Notes: a model not told the origin generated them from the letters alone. 64,000 nt of DNA from Segatella copri (GCA_021623045.1 JAJWJX010000003.1:29995-93994); one strand, 5' to 3'. Positions 51,835 through 62,032 are shown, counted from the stretch's first letter. Made by a program: numbers and translations.

Positions 51835-52004
51835 AGAAAAAATATTGAATTAATGCAAACTCTATCGATATTTTTATAGAAAAAAGTTAGTTTTTCTTGA
51901 TTTTCATCAACATTTAGAAATATTGTATACACTTTTAACAGAAAAAAGTCAGAAACAATAGATTTAAGCAAAGTTTACGAAAAGAAAATAAAAATGTTCT
52001 AAAA

Positions 52005-52065
52005 TACAAAAAAAGGCAAGGTTTCTGTAAAACCCCATTCAGAAGTTTCTCAGAAGTCTTGCCTT
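52005..52065 (-). terminator. Rho-independent terminator after the histidine kinase gene
   Basis: AAGGCAAG (52013-52020) pairs with CTTGCCTT (52058-52065). The minus strand then reads TTTTTTTG. Confidence 0.7.
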
Positions 52066-52153
52066 TCTTTACCTATATTTACTATTGAAGTACCTTTATC
52101 AGCCACTTGATTATTTATATTTGCCGCTTAGATATTTTATTCAAAAAACATTT

Positions 52154-53614
52154 TTATTTCTTAAGCGTAAATTCAAACTTCAAGCCGCCTTCCAGCTGAT
52201 TGCTCACCCGGATGGTTCCGCCATGTAGGAGAACAGCATTCTTGACGATAGCAAGACCCAAACCGGTGCCACCCATCTTGCGGCTGCGTCCCTTATCTAC
52301 CCGATAGAAACGCTCGAAAAGACGGGGGAGATGCTCGGCAGGAACTCCCTGCCCGTTATCACAGAAGATGAAATGCCACTTATTGCCCTGCTCCTTGGCA
52401 CTCAACGTTATCTTACGTCCTTCGCCGGCATAAGCTATGGCATTGTCGGTAAGATTGCGGAACACACTATAGAGCAGACTGCGGTTACCCTTCACGATAA
52501 TATGCTGGTCGGGAAGAAGATTCTCGAAAGTCATCTTGTGCGACTCTCTTTCCAGCGCCGTCTCACGGGCTATTTCACTCACCATCTGCGTAATGTCTAC
52601 CGCCTCGAAATCTATCATATCCGAACCGTCATCCAACCGGTTCAGGGTAGAGATGTCGCGGAGCAGAGAGGTGAGACGCTCGCTCTGGGCATAACAGCGC
52701 TGCAGAAACTGCGACTTCATCTCTTCGTTGATATGCGGATTGTCGAGTATCGTTTCCAGATAACCCTGGATACTTGCCACAGGAGTCTTCAATTCGTGAG
52801 CAATATTCTGGGTAAGCTGCCGCTTCAGTACATCCTGTTCACGTCGGGTGGTCTGTATGCGCTTATACATCTTGATGATGCGCTCAGCAATCTCGCCCAA
52901 CTCATCGTTAGGGAACTTGGCGAGATCTTCCACCTCCAGACTCTCGTTATGGTCTGCCTTATAAGCAAAAATGCTCAGTTTGGAAACATTCTTAGCCAGA
53001 CGGTTCGTAAAACGGTAGAGCACGATGGTAAGCAGAATGACGGCTACAATGGCAAACCAGATGAAATGCTGGTCAGCCTGCAGCGATTTTGCCAAATCAT
53101 TATTATAAGGTAGTGCCGTACGGATGATGAGCTTGCTTTCCGGAAAATAAGAAGCCACATAGAAATAATCATGCTTCAGGGTTTTAGACTGTCGCTCCAC
53201 GCTTGAGCCTATCCTGTTTTTCAAGGCCTCTGCTATTTCCTCACGCTTGGCATGGTTGGCAAAATGATCATAATCGGAACTCATGTTGTCATAAATCACC
53301 TTACCGTTCGGGCGCACCAGCGTAACACGAAGATCCTTGCTTTCATGTTCGCGCACAAAAGCCTGCAACTTCTCATGAGCTACAGTCACATCCCTATTGT
53401 GGATGCTATCCTGCAGAATAATTCCTTCACCAGGAGAGAGCGCCAGATCTTCTGCCAGCAGTTCATTATAATTTTCCAGCTTGATAGTAAGCGTACCTAT
53501 TTTATACTGCTTCTCACGTGCCTGCTGGAACACGATAAAACTGACGGCAAACACAAGGAACACCGCCAGTACACTGAAGTACAACTTTCTACCTACACTA
53601 TTTAACTTAAACAT
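52154..53614 (-). CDS. Sensor histidine kinase (two TM segments, periplasmic sensor, HisKA + HATPase_c)
   Basis: H-box NIAHELKTPV, N/G boxes DNGQGVP and GTGLGLAIVK. 486 aa. Confidence 0.92.
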   Translation of the reverse strand: MFKLNSVGRKLYFSVLAVFLVFAVSFIVFQQAREKQYKIGTLTIKLENYNELLAEDLALSPGEGIILQDSIHNRDVTVAHEKLQAFVREHESKDLRVTLVRPNGKVIYDNMSSDYDHFANHAKREEIAEALKNRIGSSVERQSKTLKHDYFYVASYFPESKLIIRTALPYNNDLAKSLQADQHFIWFAIVAVILLTIVLYRFTNRLAKNVSKLSIFAYKADHNESLEVEDLAKFPNDELGEIAERIIKMYKRIQTTRREQDVLKRQLTQNIAHELKTPVASIQGYLETILDNPHINEEMKSQFLQRCYAQSERLTSLLRDISTLNRLDDGSDMIDFEAVDITQMVSEIARETALERESHKMTFENLLPDQHIIVKGNRSLLYSVFRNLTDNAIAYAGEGRKITLSAKEQGNKWHFIFCDNGQGVPAEHLPRLFERFYRVDKGRSRKMGGTGLGLAIVKNAVLLHGGTIRVSNQLEGGLKFEFTLKK

Positions 53615-53619
53615 TTTAA

Positions 53620-54315
53620 TTACGCATCAAAATAATAACCGAATCCCAGACGGGTAACAATGCACTTAGCAAACTTACCAATCTTCTTTCTCATACGGGT
53701 GATGTTGACATCCACCGTGCGGTCGAGTACCATCACATCCTTAGGCCATACCCGGTCGATAAGTTCCTGACGGGAGAACACCTTGCCACGCTCTTCGAGG
53801 AAAAGACGCAGGAGTTCGAACTCGGTCTTGGTGAAAGGGATAGCCTCACCATCAATGCTCACCGTCTTCTTGTCCAGATTCAACTGCAGTCCCTGATAGT
53901 TGATGGTCTTCGGTTCATCAGCATCGCCAGCCTGTTCAGCGGTACGGCGCAAGACGGCACGCACTCTGACCATCACCTCTCGTATAGAGAAAGGTTTCGA
54001 GATATAATCATCGGCACCAATATTGAATCCTGTCACCGTATCGTTTTCCGTATCTCGGGCTGTAAGGAAGATAATCGGAACATTGGCTGTCATCGGATTG
54101 CCCTTCAACTGCTTAGCCAGCTGGAAACCGCTCATTCCTCCCATCATGACGTCCAGTAGCAGCAGGTCGAACGAAGCGATGTTCATCTCCAAAGCCTCTT
54201 CTGCAGAATTGGCAGTCTCTACCTCATATCCTTCTGTTTCGAGATTGAATTTCAGAATCTCACACAAGTCTTGCTCATCATCAACAACAAGTATTCTTTT
54301 CATATTCTCTTCCAT
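53620..54315 (-). CDS. OmpR/PhoB-family response regulator
   Basis: Receiver domain (ILVVDDEQ, LLLLDVMMGGMSG) and a winged-helix C-terminus (VWPKDVMVLDRTVDVNITRMRKK). The start may instead be ATG 54303. Confidence 0.93.
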   Translation of the reverse strand: MEENMKRILVVDDEQDLCEILKFNLETEGYEVETANSAEEALEMNIASFDLLLLDVMMGGMSGFQLAKQLKGNPMTANVPIIFLTARDTENDTVTGFNIGADDYISKPFSIREVMVRVRAVLRRTAEQAGDADEPKTINYQGLQLNLDKKTVSIDGEAIPFTKTEFELLRLFLEERGKVFSRQELIDRVWPKDVMVLDRTVDVNITRMRKKIGKFAKCIVTRLGFGYYFDA

Positions 54316-54341
54316 ATTTCATGTTATTTAAAATACCGCTG

Positions 54342-54349
54342 CAAAATTA
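54342..54349 (-). promoter_or_regulatory. -7 box TAATTTTG (minus strand) for the two-component operon
   Basis: Plus strand reads CAAAATTA, 27 nt upstream of ATG 54315. Confidence 0.55.
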
Positions 54350-54508
54350 CGATTTTTCTTTCGTAATAAGCGTTACATTTAGTTACAATTTCATGACATT
54401 TAGTTCTTTAGAGAAAAAAAATATAAAAAAACGGGGATTTTGTTACACATTTTAACTTAGTGTTCCAAATTCGCTACATGTTTCTTTGCTAGTTAGAAAC
54501 AGAAATGC

Positions 54509-54516
54509 TACTTTTG
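54509..54516 (+). promoter_or_regulatory. -7 box TACTTTTG for the small HTH gene
   Basis: Exact TAnnTTTG match 46 nt before ATG 54562. Confidence 0.55.
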
Positions 54517-54561
54517 CACCCGATATAACTATAAGTGAGCATATAACACAACTGAAAGAGT

Positions 54562-54816
54562 ATGAAAGATAAAGTAAATGCAATTCCCTCAATCGGTGAA
54601 ATCATCAAAGAGGAATTAAACAAGCAAGGCAAGACCACAGTATGGCTTGCTGAAAAACTAGGCTGCCATCGTACTAATATATATAAGGTATACGGCAGAG
54701 CCACTATAGATACGGGTATGCTTTACCATATCTGTCAGTTGCTGAACATTGATTTGTTTAAGGTTTATTCAGACGCTTTGCGTAAACGCAAGAAAAAGAA
54801 TCAAGATTTAAACTAA
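54562..54816 (+). CDS. Small XRE-like helix-turn-helix protein, 84 aa
   Basis: HTH segment KTTVWLAEKLGCHRTNIYKVYGR and a basic C-terminal tail. Confidence 0.75.
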   Translation: MKDKVNAIPSIGEIIKEELNKQGKTTVWLAEKLGCHRTNIYKVYGRATIDTGMLYHICQLLNIDLFKVYSDALRKRKKKNQDLN

Positions 54817-54824
54817 AAATAACT

Positions 54825-54870
54825 AAAACAATAAGACCTGAGGTTAATCACCCCAGGTCTTATTGTTTTT
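54825..54870. terminator. Bidirectional terminator between the HTH gene (+) and icd (-)
   Basis: 16-bp arms AAAACAATAAGACCTG and CAGGTCTTATTGTTTT, with T-rich tails on both strands. Confidence 0.8.
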
Positions 54871-56080
54871 ATGCCAATCGCTTTTCCAGACGTTCGCGGA
54901 TGGCAGCGATAAAGCCGGCAGAGTTTACAGCCTTAGCCTCAACACCTTCCATCAGGTTTACGAGATCCTTGGTAGCGATACCGTCGTTCAATGTATCGAA
55001 ACATGCAGCCTCCAGCTGGTCGCCAAAGTTCTGAAGTTCCTTGATGCCATCCAGTTCGCCACGCTTTCTCAACGCACCGCTCCATGCAAAGATGGTAGCC
55101 ATTGGGTTGGTAGATGTATCTTCACCCTTCAGGTAGCGATAGTAGTGACGGGTCACGGTACCGTGGGCTGCCTCATACTCATACTTGCCGTCAGGAGAAA
55201 CCAATACGGAAGTCATCATCGCCAGAGAACCGAAAGCTGTACTGAGCATATCACTCATCACATCACCGTCATAGTTTTTGCAAGCCCAGATAAAGCCGCC
55301 CTTGCTGCGGATAACACGAGCCACTGCATCATCAATCAATGTATAGAAATACTCGATACCGAGTTCTGCAAACTTCTCTTTATAGTCGCTCTCATATACT
55401 TCCTCAAAGATCTTGCGGAACTGGGCATCATAAGTCTTAGAGATAGTATCCTTGGTAGCAAACCAGAGATCCTGCTTGGTATCAATGGCAAACTTGAAGC
55501 AGCTGTGAGCAAAGCTGCGGATACTCTTATCAGTATTATGCATGCCCTGGATAACGCCGGCACCATCGAAAGAATGAATCTCTATCTCCTGCTTCTTGCC
55601 GCTCTTACCCTCGAACACGAGTTTGGCTGTACCTGGCTCATCAGCACGAAGTTCCACGCTCTTGTATACATCGCCGTAAGCATGACGGGCGATAGTGATA
55701 GGCTTCTCCCAGTTCTTTACACAAGGGTGGATGCTCGGGATGGTGATAGGAGCACGGAATACGGTACCGTCCATGATGCTACGGATAGTTCCATTAGGGC
55801 TCTTCCACATTTTGTGGAGTTTATACTCGTCCATACGCTGTGCATTAGGAGTGATAGTAGCACACTTCACAGCCACGCCATATTTCTTAGCCGCCTCAGC
55901 AGAGTCGATGGTTACCTGGTCATTGGTCTGGTCGCGATAAGGCAGACCGAGATCATAATACTCAGACTTCAAATCAACGAAAGGAAGAATCAGTTCGTCC
56001 TTAATCATCTTCCAGAGAATTCTTGTCATCTCATCACCGTCCATCTCTACCAATGGAGTTGTCATCTTAATCTTTTCCAT
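54869..56080 (-). CDS. icd: NADP-dependent isocitrate dehydrogenase (eukaryote-like homodimeric type)
   Basis: N-terminus [15 protein letters not shown] with [23 protein letters not shown]. 403 aa. Confidence 0.95.
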   Translation of the reverse strand: MEKIKMTTPLVEMDGDEMTRILWKMIKDELILPFVDLKSEYYDLGLPYRDQTNDQVTIDSAEAAKKYGVAVKCATITPNAQRMDEYKLHKMWKSPNGTIRSIMDGTVFRAPITIPSIHPCVKNWEKPITIARHAYGDVYKSVELRADEPGTAKLVFEGKSGKKQEIEIHSFDGAGVIQGMHNTDKSIRSFAHSCFKFAIDTKQDLWFATKDTISKTYDAQFRKIFEEVYESDYKEKFAELGIEYFYTLIDDAVARVIRSKGGFIWACKNYDGDVMSDMLSTAFGSLAMMTSVLVSPDGKYEYEAAHGTVTRHYYRYLKGEDTSTNPMATIFAWSGALRKRGELDGIKELQNFGDQLEAACFDTLNDGIATKDLVNLMEGVEAKAVNSAGFIAAIRERLEKRLA

Positions 56081-56159
56081 AACACAATATAATGTATAAT
56101 TAATAATTTACAATGTACAATGATCAGGGCAGCCAAGTGGCCCCTTGATATTTTGCCTG

Positions 56160-56167
56160 CAAAATTA
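56160..56167 (-). promoter_or_regulatory. -7 box TAATTTTG (minus strand) for icd
   Basis: Plus strand reads CAAAATTA, 80 nt upstream of ATG 56080. Confidence 0.5.
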
Positions 56168-56274
56168 ATAAAAATAATCAAGAAAAGAAAGGAAATTAAG
56201 AATAATTCTAGCAAAATGATAACAAAAAGCACTTTTTTACGTACTCAAAACATAAAATCTGTATATTTATACCT

Positions 56275-56310
56275 AAAAAGGCATCAATGAGCCCGAAAAC
56301 CCATTGATGC
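56275..56310 (-). terminator. Rho-independent terminator after the OmpA-like gene
   Basis: GCATCAATG pairs with CATTGATGC. The minus strand then reads CTTTTTAGG. Confidence 0.75.
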
Positions 56311-56317
56311 CTCTACT

Positions 56318-56365
56318 TATTTACCTTTTTACTTTTTTACCCTTTTACCTTTTTACCTTTAAATA
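56318..56365 (-). repeat. A-rich GGTAAAA-word array (copy 2, sense to the minus-strand gene), with the 33-mer at 56320-56352
   Basis: The reverse complement of 56320-56352 is identical to 2210-2242. The array lies between the stop codon (56372-56374) and the terminator. Confidence 0.9.
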
Positions 56366-56371
56366 GCCTTT

Positions 56372-57226
56372 TTACTTCTCCTCTGGAGCCTTGTCGATCA
56401 AGTCCATGAACTGGTCGAGCTTAGGAGTGATGATAATCTGAGTGCGGCGGTTGCGCTGCTTGCCTACCTCTGTATCGTTAGTTGTTACAGGGTTGTACTC
56501 ACCACGGCCACCAGCAGTAAGGCGCTTAGGATTTACACCGAAATGATCCTGCAAGTACTGAACAACAGAAGCTGCACGGAGAGCAGAGAGGTCCCAGTTG
56601 TTGCGGATATTCTTCATCTTGGCACTTGTAGTGCTTACTGGTACGTTATCGGTATTACCCTCTACGAGCACATCGTAATCCTTATAGTCTGTGATGATCT
56701 TAGCAATCTTGCTCAATGTTTCCTGAGCACGGCTGTTCACCTCATAGCTACCACTCTGATAGAGCATATTGTCAGCCAGAGAGATGTAAACTACACCCTT
56801 CAGGACCTGAACATCAACCTCCTTCATCTCTTCCTTGCTCAAAGAGCGGGTCAGGTTGTTGGTAAGAACCATGTTGAGCGAATCGCTCTTGCTCTTTACC
56901 TCAACCAGGTGGCGGATATACTGGTTACTCTCGTTGATCTGGTCAACGAGTTTTTCAATGCTCACGTTGTTCTGGCTTGCATTGTTCAAACTCTTGTCAA
57001 GCGAGTTCTGCAACTTAGCGTAATCGCTCTTTGCAGTAGCGAGCTGCTCCTGGGCTGCTGCCAGACTAGCCTCTGTAGCTGCCAGCTTTTCCTTGGTAGC
57101 CTGATAGTTGCTTGACAATTCCTTATTCTCATTCTGGCAATTCTGAAGATCCTTCTTACTTGCACAGCTTGTAGCCATCAGAGCTACAGCCATCATTGCC
57201 ATTACCATTAACTTTGTCTGTTTCAT
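56372..57226 (-). CDS. OmpA/MotB-domain lipoprotein with an N-terminal coiled coil
   Basis: Lipobox TSC, coiled-coil heptads, and an OmpA-like C-terminus (GNTDNVP...NWDLSALRAASVVQYL...RRTQIII). Confidence 0.88.
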   Translation of the reverse strand: MKQTKLMVMAMMAVALMATSCASKKDLQNCQNENKELSSNYQATKEKLAATEASLAAAQEQLATAKSDYAKLQNSLDKSLNNASQNNVSIEKLVDQINESNQYIRHLVEVKSKSDSLNMVLTNNLTRSLSKEEMKEVDVQVLKGVVYISLADNMLYQSGSYEVNSRAQETLSKIAKIITDYKDYDVLVEGNTDNVPVSTTSAKMKNIRNNWDLSALRAASVVQYLQDHFGVNPKRLTAGGRGEYNPVTTNDTEVGKQRNRRTQIIITPKLDQFMDLIDKAPEEK

Positions 57227-57389
57227 ATTCTTTCTAATTTAAATTTTCTTGTTATTATTAATTGATTATAGTATATCTTAACGTCGCTTTCTACCTCCTA
57301 TTATATTAGAGTTCTCCCGGCTTTTATCCGTTATCCGGAAGCACCTGCATTTTAGGGCATTATAGAAACTGATTCACTTCTTTCACTTG

Positions 57390-57397
57390 CAAAGTTA
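57390..57397 (-). promoter_or_regulatory. -7 box TAACTTTG (minus strand) for the OmpA-like gene
   Basis: Plus strand reads CAAAGTTA, ~165 nt upstream of ATG 57226. Confidence 0.4.
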
Positions 57398-57614
57398 CAG
57401 ATAAGACTCGAATAAACAATATTTGTCAAATGCATTTAGACATTTTTAACCTCTAAATCTTTATTTATCACCTTTTTAACCAAAAAAGGCAACAGAAAGC
57501 ACTTTTCTTATAGCTAAACCGTCAAATGTAGCCTCTTTAGGTAAGAATAGCCCAAATCTCAACAAAAAAAACATAAAAAACAGTGTTTTATTTTGTAGTG
57601 TCTTGAAATTGCAC

Positions 57615-57622
57615 TATCTTTG
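57615..57622 (+). promoter_or_regulatory. -7 box TATCTTTG for purL
   Basis: Exact TAnnTTTG match 47 nt before ATG 57669. Confidence 0.55.
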
Positions 57623-57668
57623 CACTCGAAAAGAAATAAATACATTAATAATATAAAAGAAAGCAAGT

Positions 57669-60600
57669 ATGATTCTTTTTTTTAGAACTCCATCTAAGAG
57701 TGTGATTGCGACCGAGATTGACCACAAACCATCTCAGGACGAAATCAATGAACTTTGTTGGCTTTATGGTGACGCGACTTTAGAGGACGCCCAGCAGTTG
57801 CAGGGCTTCTATGTCGGCCCACGCCGTGAAATGATTACTCCTTGGAGTACGAATGCCGTTGAGATTACTCAGAACATGAGTCTTAACGGCATTTCGCGTA
57901 TCGAGGAGTACTTCCCTGTAGATAGCGAAGACGCTGAGCACGACCCTATGCTCCAGCGTATGTACAACGGTATCGGACAGGATGTGTTCACCGTGAATCA
58001 CCAGCCAGAACCTATCAAGTACGTCGATGACCTCGAGAAGTATAACGAGGAAGAGGGTCTTGCCCTCAGCGAGGACGAAATGGCTTATCTCCACAAGCTG
58101 GAGAAAGAGAACGGACGTCCTCTCACCGACAGCGAAATCTTCGGTTTCGCACAGATCAACTCAGAGCACTGCCGCCACAAGATCTTCGGCGGCCAGTTTA
58201 TCATCGACGGTAAGGAGATGGAGTCTTCTCTCTTCAACATGATCAAGAAGACCACCAACGAGAATCCTAACAAGATTCTCTCTGCTTACAAGGACAACGT
58301 GGCTTTCTCTCAGGGTCCTGTTATCGAGCAGTTTGCTCCAGCCGATCAGACGACCAGCGATTTCTTCCAGGTGAAGGATATCGAGAGTGTTATCTCTCTG
58401 AAGGCTGAGACCCACAACTTCCCTACTACCGTAGAGCCTTTCAATGGTGCTGCTACCGGTACGGGTGGTGAAATCCGCGACCGTATGGGTGGTGGTGTTG
58501 GTTCATGGCCTATCGCAGGTACAGCCTGCTACATGACTGCTTATCCTCGCCTGAAGGATGACAACGGCAAGAGCGATGTTGAGCGCGACTGGGAAGACAT
58601 CATGCCAGTACGTAAGTGGCTCTATCAGACTCCTGAGCAGATTCTGATCAAGGCTTCCAACGGTGCATCAGACTTCGGTAACAAGTTCGGTCAGCCTCTC
58701 ATCACTGGTTCTGTGCTTACATTCGAGCACGAGGAGAATGGTGAGAAGTATGCATACGATAAGGTTATCATGCTTGCTGGTGGTGTAGGCTACGGCAAGA
58801 AGCGTGACTACAAGAAGGGTGAGCCACAAAAGGGCAACAAGGTTGTCGTAGTAGGTGGTGATAACTATCGCATCGGTCTTGGTGGTGGTTCTGTTTCTTC
58901 TGTAGATACAGGCCGTTACAGCAATGGTATCGAGTTGAACGCTGTTCAGCGTGCCAACCCTGAGATGCAGAAACGTGCCTACAACCTGGTTCGTGCACTC
59001 GTTGAGAACGATGAGAACCCAGTAGTCAGCATCCACGACCACGGTTCAGCCGGTCACTTGAACTGTCTCTCTGAGTTGGTAGAAGAGTGCGGTGGCGAAA
59101 TCGACATGTCTAAGTTGCCTATCGGTGACAAGACTTTGAGCGCCAAGGAAATCATCGCCAACGAGAGCCAGGAGCGCATGGGCTTGCTCATCGACGAGAA
59201 GTATATCAGCGAGGTTCAGAAGATTGCCGACCGTGAGCGTGCTCCAATGTACGTGGTTGGTGAGACTACAGGCGATGCTCACTTCAGCTTCAAGCAGGCT
59301 GATGGTGTGAAGCCATTCGACCTCGATGTAGCTCAGATGTTCGGTCATACTCCTAAGACTGTGATGGTGGATGAGACCGTAGAGCGTAAATATGAAGATG
59401 TAACTTATTCTGCAGATAACCTCGACGAGTACTTGCAGCGTGTTCTCCAGATGGAGGCTGTGGCTTGTAAGGATTGGTTGACCAACAAGGTGGACCGTTC
59501 CGTAACAGGTAAGATTGCCCGTCAGCAGGGTCAGGGTCAGATTCAGTTGCCACTTTCTGATTGTGGTGTCGTAGCACTCGACTACCGTGGCGAGAAGGGT
59601 ATCGTAACTGCAATGGGTCATGCACCTCAGGCAGGTCTTGCTGATCCTAAGGCTGGTTCTGTACTCTCTGTAGCAGAGTCATTGACCAATATCGTATGGG
59701 CACCATTGGCAGATGGTATGGACAGCATCAGTCTTTCAGCTAACTGGATGTGGCCTTGCCGCAGTCAGAAGGGTGAGGATGCCCGTTTGTACGAGGGTGT
59801 GAAGGCATTGTCAGACTTCTGCTGCGCCATCCACGTAAACGTACCAACAGGTAAGGACTCTCTCTCATTGACCCAGCAGTATCCTAACGGCGAGAAGATC
59901 ATCGCTCCAGGTACCGTAATCGTAAGTGCAGGTGGTGAGGTTTCAGATGTTAAGAAGGTGGTTAGCCCAGTTCTCGTTAACGACAAGAACTCTAGCCTCT
60001 ACCATATCGACTTCAGCTTCGACGAGCAGCGCCTCGGTGGTTCTGCTTTTGCTCAGAGCTTGGGCAAGGTAGGCAGCGATGTTCCTACCGTAAAGAACCC
60101 AGAGTACTTCGTTGACTGCTTCAACGCCGTACAGGAACTCATCAACCGTGGTTGGGTAATGGCTGGTCACGATATTAGTGCCGGTGGTTTGATTACAACT
60201 CTCCTCGAGATGACATTCGCCAACGTAGAGGGCGGTATGAAGATCAACCTCCACGACATCGCAGATGCCGACATCGTCAAGACTCTCTTCGCAGAGAACC
60301 CAGGTGTTGTCATCCAGGTAAGCGATGCCCACAAGGACGAGTTGAAGGCATTCTTCGATGAGAATGGTATCGGTTATGCCAAGATTGGTTATCCTGCTCC
60401 TGAGCTCCGCAAGATCATCATCAAGAAGGAAGGCTTCGAGCACGAGTTCGATATCGATGCATTGCGTGACGACTGGTATAAGACATCTTACCTCCTCGAC
60501 CGCAAGCAGAGCATGAACGGTATGGCTAAGAAGCGTTACACCAACTATAAGAAGCAGCCTATCGAGATGAACTTCGGTTACGGCTTCAAGGGAACCCTCG

Positions 60601-61400
60601 CTAGCTACAGCCTCGACGCAAACCGTCGCAAGCCATCTGGCATCAAGGCAGCTATCATCCGTGAGAAGGGTACCAATGGTGAGCGTGAGATGGCATACTC
60701 TATGTATCTCGCCGGCTTCGATGTAAAGGATGTGATGATGACCGACTTGATTTCTGGTCGTGAGACGCTGGAAGATGTGAACTTCATCGTATTCTGCGGT
60801 GGTTTCTCTAACTCCGATGTTCTCGGTTCTGCCAAGGGTTGGGCTGGTGCTTTCCTCTACAATCCTAAGGCTAAAGAGGCACTCGATAAGTTCTATGCCC
60901 GTGAGGATACCCTTTCACTCGGTATCTGCAACGGTTGCCAGCTGATGGTTGAGTTGAACCTCATCAATCCTGAGCACAAGCATCGTTCACACCTCTGCCA
61001 CAACACATCCAAGAAGTTCGAGAGTACATTCCTCGGTTTGACTATTCCTCAGAACGACAGTGTGATGTTCGGTAGCCTGAGCGGTGATAAGCTCGGTATC
61101 TGGGTTGCTCACGGCGAGGGCCGTTTCTACTTGCCAGAGCCAGAGGATCACTACAACATCATTGCTAAGTACAACTACGCTGAGTATCCAGGTAATCCTA
61201 ACGGCAGTGACTATAATGTAGCAGGTATCTGCTCTGCAGATGGTCGCCACTTGGCTATGATGCCACACTTGGAGCGTGCCATCTTCCCATGGCAGAACGC
61301 CTGGTATCCAGCCGATCGCCGCAACGACGAGGTAACTCCTTGGATTGAGGCATTTGTCAATGCACGTCAGTGGATTGAAGAAAGAGCTTTGAAAAAGTAA
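57669..61400 (+). CDS. purL: Phosphoribosylformylglycinamidine synthase, single-chain large PurL with a glutaminase domain
   Basis: ETHNFPTTVEPFNGAATGTGGEIRD and a C-terminal GATase nucleophile context (LGICNGCQLM). 1243 aa. Confidence 0.96.
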   Translation: MILFFRTPSKSVIATEIDHKPSQDEINELCWLYGDATLEDAQQLQGFYVGPRREMITPWSTNAVEITQNMSLNGISRIEEYFPVDSEDAEHDPMLQRMYNGIGQDVFTVNHQPEPIKYVDDLEKYNEEEGLALSEDEMAYLHKLEKENGRPLTDSEIFGFAQINSEHCRHKIFGGQFIIDGKEMESSLFNMIKKTTNENPNKILSAYKDNVAFSQGPVIEQFAPADQTTSDFFQVKDIESVISLKAETHNFPTTVEPFNGAATGTGGEIRDRMGGGVGSWPIAGTACYMTAYPRLKDDNGKSDVERDWEDIMPVRKWLYQTPEQILIKASNGASDFGNKFGQPLITGSVLTFEHEENGEKYAYDKVIMLAGGVGYGKKRDYKKGEPQKGNKVVVVGGDNYRIGLGGGSVSSVDTGRYSNGIELNAVQRANPEMQKRAYNLVRALVENDENPVVSIHDHGSAGHLNCLSELVEECGGEIDMSKLPIGDKTLSAKEIIANESQERMGLLIDEKYISEVQKIADRERAPMYVVGETTGDAHFSFKQADGVKPFDLDVAQMFGHTPKTVMVDETVERKYEDVTYSADNLDEYLQRVLQMEAVACKDWLTNKVDRSVTGKIARQQGQGQIQLPLSDCGVVALDYRGEKGIVTAMGHAPQAGLADPKAGSVLSVAESLTNIVWAPLADGMDSISLSANWMWPCRSQKGEDARLYEGVKALSDFCCAIHVNVPTGKDSLSLTQQYPNGEKIIAPGTVIVSAGGEVSDVKKVVSPVLVNDKNSSLYHIDFSFDEQRLGGSAFAQSLGKVGSDVPTVKNPEYFVDCFNAVQELINRGWVMAGHDISAGGLITTLLEMTFANVEGGMKINLHDIADADIVKTLFAENPGVVIQVSDAHKDELKAFFDENGIGYAKIGYPAPELRKIIIKKEGFEHEFDIDALRDDWYKTSYLLDRKQSMNGMAKKRYTNYKKQPIEMNFGYGFKGTLASYSLDANRRKPSGIKAAIIREKGTNGEREMAYSMYLAGFDVKDVMMTDLISGRETLEDVNFIVFCGGFSNSDVLGSAKGWAGAFLYNPKAKEALDKFYAREDTLSLGICNGCQLMVELNLINPEHKHRSHLCHNTSKKFESTFLGLTIPQNDSVMFGSLSGDKLGIWVAHGEGRFYLPEPEDHYNIIAKYNYAEYPGNPNGSDYNVAGICSADGRHLAMMPHLERAIFPWQNAWYPADRRNDEVTPWIEAFVNARQWIEERALKK

Positions 61401-61427
61401 AAAGGTAAAAAAGTAAGAAGGTAAAAA
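61394..61427 (+). repeat. GTAAAA-word array variant filling the purL-chrA spacer
   Basis: AAAGTAAAAAGGTAAAAAAGTAAGAAGGTAAAAA overlaps the purL stop and ends at the ATG at 61428. Confidence 0.85.
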
Positions 61428-61979
61428 ATGAATAATAGCGTAAGTTATCTTACATTATTCAAAACATTTTTGAAGATTGGCATAGTCACCTTTGGTGGTG
61501 GCTATGCCATGATTCCTATTATAGAATCCGAAGTCGTCGACAAGCATCATTGGATGACGAAGGAGGAATTCTTGGATGCCATTGCCACTACCCAGGTTTG
61601 TCCGGGAGCCTTGGCCATCAACATGAGTTCCCTGCTCGGATATAAGTTGGCAAAGACACCGGGAGCCATCGTCTGCACCCTCGGCGCTTCGTTGCCATCG
61701 TTCCTTATTATCTTAGCGATAGCCATGTTTTTCCATCAGTTTGAAGACAACAAGGTTGTTGCTGCCATGTTTGCAGGCATCCGTCCTGCCGTCGTGGCAT
61801 TGATAGCCGTACCTACATTCTCGCTTGCCAAGAGTGCCGGTATTTCGCTTGTCAATTGCTGGATTCCTATTCTATCCGCCCTTCTGATCTGGCTTTTGGG
61901 CGTCAACCCAATCTGGGTGATTATCGCAGCTGCCGTAGGTGGCTACATCTATGGACAGTTTATCCAGCCAACAGAGTAA
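61428..61979 (+). CDS. chrA: Chromate transporter family protein (ChrA half-size, first of a pair)
   Basis: FGGGYAMIPI motif and six hydrophobic segments. 183 aa. Confidence 0.85.
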   Translation: MNNSVSYLTLFKTFLKIGIVTFGGGYAMIPIIESEVVDKHHWMTKEEFLDAIATTQVCPGALAINMSSLLGYKLAKTPGAIVCTLGASLPSFLIILAIAMFFHQFEDNKVVAAMFAGIRPAVVALIAVPTFSLAKSAGISLVNCWIPILSALLIWLLGVNPIWVIIAAAVGGYIYGQFIQPTE

Positions 61980-62018
61980 AGGTAAAAGGGTAAAAAAGTA
62001 AAAAGGTAAAAAAGTAAA
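61977..62018 (+). repeat. A-rich GGTAAAA-word array (copy 3), with the 33-mer at 61978-62010
   Basis: Overlaps the stop of the first chrA half and lies 14 nt before the ATG at 62033. Confidence 0.9.
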
Positions 62019-62032
62019 TAGCTTAAAACATA

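Noticed and set aside
54863-56092. 409-aa plus-strand ORF almost co-extensive with icd
   Set aside because: The minus-strand frame gives a textbook NADP-isocitrate dehydrogenase. The plus-strand frame has no recognisable domain.
57227-57668. Riboswitch (ZTP or purine type) upstream of purL
   Set aside because: I could not find the conserved ZTP (GGGTCGTGAC...CCGGGCGGA...CCGCCTGGGC) or purine-riboswitch cores. The -7 box lies only 47 nt from the ATG, leaving no room for an aptamer.
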